Part shown: piece after piece, positions 9,001 to 17,848 of the stretch
How positions within the stretch are numbered: the stretch's first letter is position 1
How the letters are laid out: every line of letters starts with the position of its first letter
Assembly: GCA_002269645.1 (NCBI GenBank)
Contig: NIVC01003499.1
Location: 1 to 64,000, forward strand
DNA from: Macrostomum lignano
Taxonomy: Eukaryota
Reading direction: 5' to 3'
Length of the DNA stretch: 64,000 nt
Program-made: the position numbers and the translations under genes
Notes under the pieces: model-generated
What the model was told of the DNA's origin: nothing
Database searches by the model: none
Seen by the model: only the letters and a program-made list of their open reading frames with translations

Positions 9001-12000
9001 GCACGGCTCCACCCCTGCCCGTGTCTCACTGTACCGCCCTGTGTGGCTCCCTTACCCTGCGCGTTTGCTTCCTATCTCCCTCCTGCTCCATATGTTTCTG
9101 TTCCCTCACACTACGCACACGTGGCTGGCTCTCTGTCCAAACACATCTCTGCTCCTCCACTCTATCCTCGCGTGGCCCCTTGACGGTTCGCATGCCCCTG
9201 CATACCCAGCCTGCCTCTCTGTCCCCTGCAACTGGGGAGGGAGCTCTCTATCCTCTGTATGGCTTTCTCTGTGGGGTGTGTGTGTGACTCACACTACCTC
9301 TCTGTCCTAGCATGCGCCTCTCTATCCGGCTCCTGCAGCAGGCTGTGTTATTCACATCTCTTTCCACCCACCCTCTGCCCGTACACGCTCAGTGTACAGG
9401 GCTGCGTCAGCATCGGGGTTAAAACTTCTCGCTCCCTATGCTTCAACAGTATAACAACCTAGTGGCTGGTTCTCTGTCCGCGCCACCCCTCTCTGCCCGT
9501 ACACTCTCACTGTACAGGGCTGCGTCAGCGTTAGGGTTGAAACTTCTCGCTCCCTATACCCCACAACCGTGTAGTGTCCTAGTATGGGCGCGACCTGGGT
9601 TCGATTTCGCTAGTTGAGATGTAGGTGAGAGAGGGAAAGAGGCCCGTATCGATGACTACATATCGGTGTACACACATATCGGGGAGTGTACACTCGGGCG
9701 CCTGCTGCATACATATCGGTGTACATATAGGGAGAGTGCGCATACATATCGGGAGGGGCGCCTGAGACGGGGAGGGCGCCTGCGGCATACATGTCGGGGG
9801 AGGGCGCGTGCGGCGGGGAGGGGCGCCTGCTGCATGGGCGCCTGCGGCTCGGGTGGGTGCGCTTGGGATCTGATTGATTTGGGATCTGATTGATTTGGGA
9901 TCTGATTGATTTATTGGGATCTAATATCGGTAGGTGCGCCTGCGGCTGGGAGGGTCGCCTGCGGCGCTTGGCGCCTGCGGCGCGCGCGCGCGCGCCGAGC
10001 GCCGATATCGATACGGGTATCGATCACCTAGTGATCGGGGCGCCAGCCAATGAGAGGCGAGGAGGGTTGACACCCACCTCACCTCCAAAATCAACACTTA
10101 CGGAATCCCTTAGTAGTACGGGCCCCTGCACCAGTGGCGTAGCCAGGGCCCCCCCCCCCCAATCGCCTGGGGTGGGGTTGGGCGCGCGGGTACCAAAAAC
10201 CATGAGGCAATTGAGTGCCTGCGGCGCCAAAATGAGTGCCTGCGGCGCCAAAATGAGTGCCTGCGGCGCCAAAATGAGTGCCTGCGGCGCCAAAATGAGT
10301 GCCTACGGCGCCAAAAGTGAATGCCTGCGGCGCAAAACGAGTGCCTGCGGCGCCAAAATGAGTGCCTGCGGTGCCAAAATGAGTGCCTGCGGCGCCAAAA
10401 CGAGTGCCTGCGGCGCCAAAATGAGTGCCTGCGGTGCCAAAATGAGTGCCTGCGGCGCCAAAATGAGTGCCTGCGGTGCCAAAATGAGTGCCTGCGGCGC
10501 CAAAATGAGTGCCAATGGCAATGGTGGCAATGGCGTAAGGCATGGCCAGCCAGGCCAACCCGCCCCCCCCAATTGATATTCCTGGCTACGCCACTGCCCT
10601 GGGGCCCGTGCTATAGAATACTCTTAACTCCTAAATCCTTAAGAGTGTCCTAACTCCTTGCTCCTAGCTGGCTTTTCTGTGCTATAGAATCAAGAGTAAA
10701 TTTTAAGAGCTAGGAGGCTCCTTAAGGACGTTAGGAGACTCCTGGGTGAATTTAGGAGAACTCATTAAGGTCCGTGGCATGCTATAGAATTAGGAGAGGA
10801 AGTCTAGGAGCTAGGAGCTAGGAGCTGGCTTTTAGGAGTCATTCTAGGAGCGTGTGTCCTATAGAATGAGAAAATTTCGCTCCTAACTCTTGACTCCTAA
10901 GCAAGAGTTCAAGGGCCAATTTTCACTCTTAGACAAGCTAGGATTATAATGTTTTCGGACAGCGAATCGGATTCTGATGAGGAAGGAGTCAATGATAGAC
11001 GCCGTCGACAATTTAAGGCAAGAATTAATATTTTTGAAGAAGATCCAGCCGAGAGTGCTATGCGTTTTAGACTTAACGATATCCAGCTTTCAAGCCTAAC
11101 AGATAGAATTCGACACAGAATCGAACATCCAACATCAGTGTGTCCTAACAAATTCCAACATTCCAATATCACGTCTTGCCACATAGCAATCTTCGCATTC
11201 TTAGTTATGGTTGTACTAAACGCACCAAAGAGAACCTCTTTGCGTGCAGCGACGGCTCTCACAAATGATTTTTTTTGAGCAATTTGCATTTTCACTCCTG
11301 AGATTCAATCCTTAAGGACCGTAAATTTAGGATTGTGATATAGCACACAATTCTCTATCATCCTTAAACAATTGCGCAACACTCCTTGAACACACCCCCA
11401 CTCCTAGGCTGCACTCCTTGCAAGAACTCCTAGCTCCTAACTCTTAACTCCTGAAATCTATAGCACACAAAATTCAATCACTCCTTGTCAAGAGTACTCT
11501 TGTGTCCTAGCTCCTAACTCCTGATTCTATAGCACGGGCCCCTGCACTTGTCTCTGTTTTCTCTCCTCTGTCTAGCCCAGTCTTGCTATTCTTATCTCTC
11601 TCTCCCTCGCTGCCTTCTGATTGGCTCTTCTCTCTCGCCTCTTTCCTTCGTCGCGCACTCCGCCCTTCATTGTCTTATCTACACCCACCCCCCACTAATT
11701 ATATGCCTTAAATATACTCCCTTGGGCCCGGCACCCCCACTGGGAGACACGCACTCGTGCACACGCTCACACAGGCTGTACAGCAGCTTTTTGACTTTTT
11801 AATCGTCAGGCAGTGTACACTCTCTGTGCCTTGGGGTTGGCACTCATTAATTTGAATGGGACAACAAGCCCCAAATGAAGTGGCTGCATACGGAATCGAA
11901 CCCACAGTCACAGCCAGGTATCATTTCCATTCAATCACCAGGTGGGAGGCCGGCATTCGCGAGTTTGTCGAGACCTGGCGTGCCCTCAGCGGCTACCTGG

Positions 12001-12236
12001 CCACCAGGGGTGCCAGGTTCCCCGACGCAATTTTCCCCATCACGCTGCACGCCCACCCGGCCGATGAGATGCGGCTGGCCGCGCTGCTACCTCACAACGG
12101 AGTCTGGGGCCGCTGCATCGTGGGCCTGGTGCAGCTGCTCATGGAGGCTCAGAACGCCGTGCTGGACGCTAGCGGGGTTCACTGCGACGAGATTGACATC
12201 TGCCAGGTGGGTGCCAGCTCGAAAGGACAGGCATGC

Positions 12237-12325
<89 letters not shown>

Positions 12326-13814
12326 TACAGACAGACAGACGGACAGATGGACAGTAAGACAGACATGCAGACAGACAGACAGACAGACAGACAGACACAG
12401 ACATTGGCTTGGATATATTATAGTCTATCCAATCACTACACTGCTATCAGTAGGCTAGTTGTGAGTTTTATCTCTATAATGAATCAATCTGTTTCCTAGG
12501 CTGACGCGGCCTCGATGATCTCGTACGACCCGGACTCGGACCTGCTGCCCGCCCTGCTGGCCAACAGCGCCTACTCCCTGCGGCCCGGCAGGGGCTGCCA
12601 GGTGGCCTACAACTTTGCCGGCCTGCAGCAGCAGCTCGCCGAGCTTCTGGTCCGGGGCAGACTGAGGCTGACTGGCCACCTGCCGCAGATGCTGTACAAG
12701 GAGGAGTTCAACTTGATGGAGCAGTTCCTGTTGCTCGACCAGGCATGTTGCTTTGATATATTTGGGGAAACTGGAGGCTTTTGGTGACAGCCAAATTACA
12801 GCTAGTTTTGATTATGTTTACAGCCAAATTACAGCTAGTTTTGATTATGTTTACAGCCAAATTACAGCTAGTTTGCATTATGTTTACAGCCAAATTACAG
12901 CTAGTTTGGATTCTGTTTACAGCCAAATTACAGCTAGTTTTGATTATGTTTACAGCCAAATTACAGCTAGTTTGCATTATGTTTACAGCCAAATTACAGC
13001 TAGTTTGGATTCTGTTTACAGCCAAATTACAGCTAGTTTGGATTCTGTTTACAGCCAAATTACAGCTAGTTTTCATTCTGTTTACAGCCAAATTACAGCT
13101 AGTTTGGATTCTGTTTACAGCCAGATTACAGCTAGTTTGGATTCTGTTTACAGCCAGATTACAGCTAGTTTACAATCAGCCACACTCTCGCCCTCAAAAT
13201 CACGTCCTCAGGCGGTGCCGCAGTGCCGCTCTCCCAGCAGCTCCATGGTGAGCCACGCGCTGAGCTCCGAGCTGCCCAGCAGCCCGCCCGTCATCACGTC
13301 ACTGCTGGAGGAGCTGCTGCCACCAGCCGTGAGCTTCCTGACCTCGCTGGCACCGAAGGAGCCGTCGCAGCTGCTGCACGACTTCATGACGAAGTCGCTG
13401 CGAATGCCGCAGGGGCTGCCAGAGCCGCTCAACCGCTGCGTCACCATCGACCACGTCCGCCTGCTGTGGCTGTCGCTGGACCGCCTGCGCTGCCAGCAGC
13501 TCGCCGACGACGGCTTCGAGCCGTTCCGCGACTGCCGCGGCCTCGAGGCCGCACCGCTAGAGGAGCCGCTCCGCGAGCTGCTGCTCCCGCGTGACCTCCG
13601 CAACCGGCGCAGCCTCCTGCTGGAGAAGCTGCACAGCCTGATGAGGCTAGAGCTGGCGAGCCGGCCGAATCTGCTGGACTTGCCACTGTCGGAGGTTGGC
13701 ATCGTGTACACCGACTATGATGGCGTCTTCGACGGCTGGGACGAGCGACTGTTGTGCAAGCACTCGGCCGCCATCTGGATGGCCGTCTTCGCGCTGGAGG
13801 GCTCGCGGGCCTGA
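1..13814 (+). CDS. RNF213: RNF213 (mysterin)-like E3 ligase, C-terminal exons only; 5' part lies outside the window
   Basis: Four segments are collinear with the RNF213 C-terminus as recalled. ~1-196 reads LWRYRQVISVEH...LRHLRSLPALLQL (cf. IWSCRKRITVEY...LRLVKFLPEILAL), with a frameshift near 90. 11942-12206 reads WEAGIREFVETW...LLPHNGVWGRCIVGLVQLLMEAQN. 12500-12742 reads ISYDPDSDLLPALLANSAYSLRPG (cf. ISYEVERDLTPLILSNCQY). 13212-13814 ends LLCKHSAAIW...stop. Phases of the last three exons agree (AG/GT, one GC donor). The junction after 196 is uncertain. Confidence 0.8.
341..10125 (-). mobile_element. PIF/Harbinger-type non-autonomous element (copy 1, ~620 bp of its own sequence), right TIR split by the giant palindrome
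   Basis: Left TIR GGGCCTGTGCTATAG at 341. Right TIR is split into TTCTATAGTACG (941-952) and CGGGCCC (10119-10125). 3-bp TSD CTG at 338-340 and 10126-10128. Sequence 700-952 aligns with the reverse complement of 10602-10870 (copy 2). Confidence 0.85.
956..10118. mobile_element. 9.16-kb giant palindrome / foldback element with CACTA-like termini
   Basis: 957-5487 is the reverse complement of 5563-10117 wherever compared, and the ORF track is mirrored (e.g. 3415-3672+ vs 7245-7634-). Spacer is 75 bp (5488-5562). Termini are CACTACTAAGG and CCTTAGTAGTA, each flanked by CGG (953-955, 10119-10121). Subterminal GCCGCAGGCG repeats are present. No recognisable transposase. The palindrome is certain; the CACTA class is an inference. 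Confidence 0.9.
10132..10596. mobile_element. hAT-type MITE with an internal 21-bp tandem repeat
   Basis: 16-bp TIRs CAGTGGCGTAGCCAGG / CCTGGCTACGCCACTG. 8-bp TSD CCCTGCAC at 10124-10131; the right copy is restored (CC CTG + CAC) once the Harbinger at 10602-11541 and its CTG duplication are removed. Interior is ~15 copies of AAAATGAGTGCCTGCGGCGCC. Confidence 0.85.
10602..11541 (+). mobile_element. PIF/Harbinger deletion derivative (copy 2, 940 bp)
   Basis: Perfect 18-bp TIR GGGCCCGTGCTATAGAAT. CTG TSD at 10599-10601 and 11542-11544. Several subterminal CTATAGCAC/GTGCTATAG repeats. Carries a transposase N-terminal remnant. Confidence 0.9.
10949..11278 (+). pseudogene. Harbinger transposase N-terminal fragment (HARBI1-like)
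   Basis: MFSDSESDSDEEG..RRRRQFKARINIF..AMRFRLNDIQLSSLTDRIRHRIEHPT matches the typical Harbinger N-terminus (RR..F..R.N.F...F..RFRL....L...I...L.HPT). It then degenerates, and the DDE core is absent. Confidence 0.7.
11735..11941 (-). mobile_element. tRNA-derived SINE-like repeat (copy with B-box)
   Basis: Reverse strand has a perfect B-box GGTTCGATTCC (11892-11902) and an A-box-like TGATTGAATGG ~25 nt upstream. Body core ATCGT..GGCA(G)TGTACAC..CTGTGCCTTGGGG(G)TT is shared with the copies at ~20.3, 37.5 and 52.0 kb. Confidence 0.6.
12236..12400. repeat. (GACA)n microsatellite in an RNF213-like intron
   Basis: Direct inspection. Confidence 0.95.
12783..13175. repeat. 33-bp minisatellite (CAGCCAAATTACAGCTAGTTTTGATTATGTTTA), ~12 copies, intronic
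   Basis: Direct inspection; lies in intron 12743-13211. Confidence 0.95.
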
Positions 13815-15744
13815 ACTAGCCGCGATTTTTACTACTGACTGGGGACTAGCAGCAGTAGTGTGATGCAAATGTTTTTAACGCTTTAATTGCTACTTATCTA
13901 TTGCCTAAATGCTCGTAGTAGTCCGATGCGGACTTTCTCGATTTTTTGTTTTCTATTTATCCAGCTCTTGACTAGTTCCGTTGAAAACGTTACCGTGACA
14001 AAGAGTCACTGCAAACAGCTCCGGTGGAGTTGCAGAATCTTAGAAGAGTCACTAAAATGTCATCCAGGAGTCGTGTTGGCTCTTTACTTTCTACTGACTC
14101 AATCAAGTAAACTAATAGAGTTGTTATGAATGTGAAATGCGATTCTGATTCATAGTGACGCAGGTGCGCTTTAGATGCAACTCATTGATTCTACAGCGAC
14201 TCTGGCAGGCCTCAGATAGGACTCAACGGCCCCGGAGTCGACAGTAAAAACCCACAAATTGACTCTTTTGGTGACTAGCATTGCGATGACATCTGATCGT
14301 TTTAGAGTCGTCTAGAGTGACTTCTTTGCTATTTTACCTGACTCTGCAACCACTGGGCGCTTTTTGGCCTAGATAACGTTTTCATCGGGAATAGTCTGTT
14401 GGGAACATTATCTGACGCTTTGATTACTACTTATCCAGAGCTTAACTAGTAGCCTGACGCGAAAATGCTTTCTGACCGGCTATTTGACTGTAATTGCTTA
14501 TTTTACTATTACCTAAGAAGAATTATTGTAAAAAAATATGGCTCCAAAATTAACAATTGGCTAGTTTTACGCGTTTTCAAAAGAACATTGGTCAGTATCA
14601 AAGCTCGTAAATCTTAAAAAAAACATTGATTAGAATCTTCTAAACAATTTATAAATTCAGCTATGCAAAACCAGACAAGCTATAAGTAGTATAGCCGGAG
14701 TTTTCCTGTCTAATATTTACTCCAAGCCACAGATTATAAAATAACTAGATAGGCCATTCAGGCATATATACTTAGTAAACCAGCTTTCTACTTCCAGTTC
14801 AGTAGCAAAGAAAAGTAAATGAGCTATTTTTTTTTAAATAAAGGCAGCTGAATTGACTTTGATAAGTTTAGAAGCCCAAAGCTCGCAGGCGTGAACAACT
14901 TTGCTAATTGGTTCAGCAATAATGTACATTAGCCAGTCCACTGAAATGTACATGGCAGCTTTAGGCTGAAATTCCGAGAAAGGCAATAAAAATTGGGGCG
15001 GAGCGCGGGGGTAGAGTGGAAAGGCGCGGTTGAAGGGTTTAAGCTGGGGACCAATGAATGAGCCTTGGCTTAAAAAATACGTTAAAATGCTTCTGTTTAA
15101 CTTTCTACTGAACTGAAAGTAGTTTACACGCAAATGTGCTGAGTGGCCCATCTAGTTATTCTAGTATCTGTGCTCTATTTTTATAAAGTTTTTTGTTTCT
15201 CTATTATAATATCAAATTCTACTTTCATATCATTCTAATTACAAGTATAAGTCTGGCTTTTTTATTACTATATTACTTATTTATTTCGTTTATGATTTTT
15301 TTTATTTTACAATCTCCTGTTACGGCTTGTCAATCATCGTTAATATCGATTGATTGATTTGTTTATTTTTGTGTTTAACTATTTGTCTGTACTTTAAATT
15401 GCACTTTTAAAGTGGCCAGCTTCTTATTTTTGCAGTAAATTTTCTGTAATCTGTGAACGGGTCAATTTTGATCTACAATTTCTATTCTGCGCCCTGAATA
15501 ATCTCCCTACCCCAATTTCATTATGTAGAGTTCAAAGTTCCGGTGTGTTGTTTGACGAGTTCCAAAGACTAATCTTCCACCTGTTGCGAAATATGAAATA
15601 AATTTAACTAAACACTTTTAAACCCTTGTTGCTTTTCCCACATTCTGTAATACGTTTTGTAAATGTTTTGTTTTTTGCAAACTTCACTGGCTTTTGTTTT
15701 TTCTTGTGTTTTTTATCTCTGTTTGAATCAGGGCCTTAACTCTC

Positions 15745-16557
15745 CCCCACTCATCTGACCCCACTCCCCCACTCCCCTGTCCGCACTCTCCCCCACTCCC
15801 CTGTCCGCACTCTCCCACTCCCCTGTCCCCACTCTCCCACTCCCCTGTCCCCACTCTCCCACACTCCCCTATCCCCACTCTCCCACACTCCCCTGTCCCC
15901 ACTCTCCCACTCCCCTGTCCCCACTCTCCCACACTCCCCTGTCCCCACTCTCCCACTCCCCTGTCCCCACTCTCCCACACTCCCCTATCCCCACTCTCCC
16001 ACACTCCCCTGTCCCCACTCTCCCACTCCCCTGTCCCCACTCTCCCACACTCCCCTGTCCCCACTCTCCCACTCCCCTGTCCCCACTCTCCCACACTCCC
16101 CTGTCCCCACTCTCCCACTCCCCTGTCCCCACTCTCCCACACTCCACTGTCCCCACTCTCCCACACTCCCCTGTCCCCACTCTCCCACACTCCCCTGTCC
16201 CCACTCTCTCACACTCCCCTGTCCCTACTCTCCCACACTCCCCTGTCCCCACTCTCCCACACTCCACTGTCCCCACTCTCCCACACTCCCCTGTCCCCAC
16301 TCTCCCACACTCCCGTGTCCCCACTCTCCCACACTCCCGTGTCCCCACTCTCTCACACTCCCGTGTCCCCACTCTCCCACACTCCCTGTCCCCACTCTCC
16401 CACACTCCCCTGTCCTCACTCTCCCACACTCCCGTGTCCCCACTCTCTCACACTCCCGTGTCCCCACTCTCTCACACTCCCCTGTCCCCACTCTCCCACA
16501 CTCCCGTGTCCCCACTCTCCCACACTCCCCTGTCCCTACTCTCCCACAGTCCCCTGT
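15745..16557. repeat. 22/24-bp C-rich minisatellite (CCCCACTCTCCCACACTCCCCTGT)
   Basis: Direct inspection. Confidence 0.95.
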
Positions 16558-16897
16558 CAAACAAACGGATTGACAATAGACAAAGAAAAGGCACCATCAG
16601 AACGAGTGTCTAGTAATGTGAACTACGCACGTATTTAGAGTTTGGGTTTGGGTTTCGTCGTTCTTAACCTTATGGTTGGAATGTTTCGAAATGCTGCGCG
16701 CATTATATGTCAATTAGTTTACCTTAGTCTGTACTAATGCATCAAGGAAGGAATGTATAAACAAACTCTGATGTTCGAACTTTGGCATCATATAGGTAAA
16801 TCACAAATGTTTATATTATACTAGCCATACAATGTGTCTGGTGTTTGTACAAGCACATGAATAAACTCGCAGAGGCATTGTCACGAGTTGTCAGCTC

Positions 16898-17329
16898 TCA
16901 GTAGTGAAATACCCCGAATGCCACCGCCACGCAGAACAGGCTGTCGTTCATGAAGATGTCCTGAACATAGTTGTCGCTGTCGCTGTCCCACAGACACCGG
17001 CAGGCCATCTTGACTCCCTGGCCCCTCTGCTCGCCAATGGCCACTTGGACAACGAATTTGTACCGCTCGAATCCGTTGGCCCTCAGCCGGGCCTTGATCT
17101 CGTCTGTGAGCTCCTTGCACAGTCCGCTTGTGGCCTCCTTATCGTAGGCCTTGTCCGTTAGCCGCTCCACGAGCGCTTCGTGAATGACTGGCTTGGCCAA
17201 CAGCGGACGGAATTTGCTCTCGAAGTTGGGCCGAATCACGTAGGTGTTTGCAACCTCCTCGCCTTCCTTCTGCTGTTGCTGTTGCTGCTGCTGCTGAGGC
17301 TGCTCTGTGGCCACTGGCTCGTCCTGCAT
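16898..17329 (-). CDS. TCTEX1D2: Tctex1 domain-containing protein 2 (dynein-2 light chain, DYNLT2B), intronless, 143 aa
   Basis: NTYVIRP.F..KFRP...FERYKFVVQVAIGEQRGQGVKMACRCLWDSDSDNY..DIFMNDSLFCVAVAFGVFHY closely matches TCTEX1D2 as recalled. Confidence 0.92.
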   Translation of the reverse strand: MQDEPVATEQPQQQQQQQQQKEGEEVANTYVIRPNFESKFRPLLAKPVIHEALVERLTDKAYDKEATSGLCKELTDEIKARLRANGFERYKFVVQVAIGEQRGQGVKMACRCLWDSDSDNYVQDIFMNDSLFCVAVAFGVFHY

Positions 17330-17848
17330 CTTGCCGAAGTCTCTTTAGCTGCGTGTTGAGTCTGTGATGTGGCAAGAGCTTCGCTTCTGTGGAATGCGAA
17401 ACTTTTAGCAGCTATGCGCTCATTATATTATCGCCTGTCTCTAGCTTGCATTTCTACTCCTGCTCCGCTGCGCATTCAAGCTTTTGGGCAGGGGCTGTAC
17501 TGACACCGCGTACACTTGGCTTTTAGTTGTCATGGTTGCAGTTGGGGAGAGACTGGCGGAGCGAAGGCTAGAGAGAGAAAGAGAGAGAAAAAACGGAGTA
17601 ATGGAGTGAGAGACGCGAGGTACACTCAGAAGAATGTACGAGGGAGAGAGACAGACTGCGTTGCTAAGGGCGCCCCAACCTCTGTCTCAAAGTTACTGTT
17701 CTCTGGGCCACAACGTTCAGTTCAGTTGGCTGAGCGGCTTTTAAATAAGCCGTTCTATTTGAACGTTTTCGGCTCAATCTAGCGAAGCTTTTATCATCTT
17801 GAGCCGAGTTCTGAACGCCGAAGTCAAGCCAGCAGCTGAACAGTCCAG
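17330..17848. promoter_or_regulatory. Putative bidirectional promoter between TCTEX1D2 and ENO4 with imperfect RFX X-box-like sites
   Basis: 519 bp separate the divergent ATGs. X-box-like GTTGTCATGGTTGC at 17526-17539 and GTTGCTAAGGGCGC at 17660-17673; only one half-site matches well in each. Confidence 0.45.

Noticed and set aside
956-10118. Polinton/Maverick identity for the palindrome (AGT/ACT trinucleotide ends, long TIRs)
   Set aside because: Polarity is opposite (starts CACTACT rather than AG...). There is no 6-bp TSD and no pPolB, integrase or capsid ORFs.
1045-10576. Dozens of short mirrored ORFs in the palindrome arms
   Set aside because: Low-complexity, repeat-derived, broken differently in the two arms, and no recognisable domains.
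11880-11941. tRNA gene at the perfect B-box
   Set aside because: No cloverleaf or acceptor stem could be formed, and it continues into a dispersed repeat body, so it is treated as a SINE head.
12753-13211. N-terminal SQITAS repeat of the 353-aa ORF
   Set aside because: It is a 33-bp intronic minisatellite; RNF213 homology begins at 13212.
14021-14357. Possible degenerate MITE (CC.GTGG..TTGCAGA.TC / GACTCTGCAACCACTGGG)
   Set aside because: Inverted ends match only loosely and no TSD is evident.
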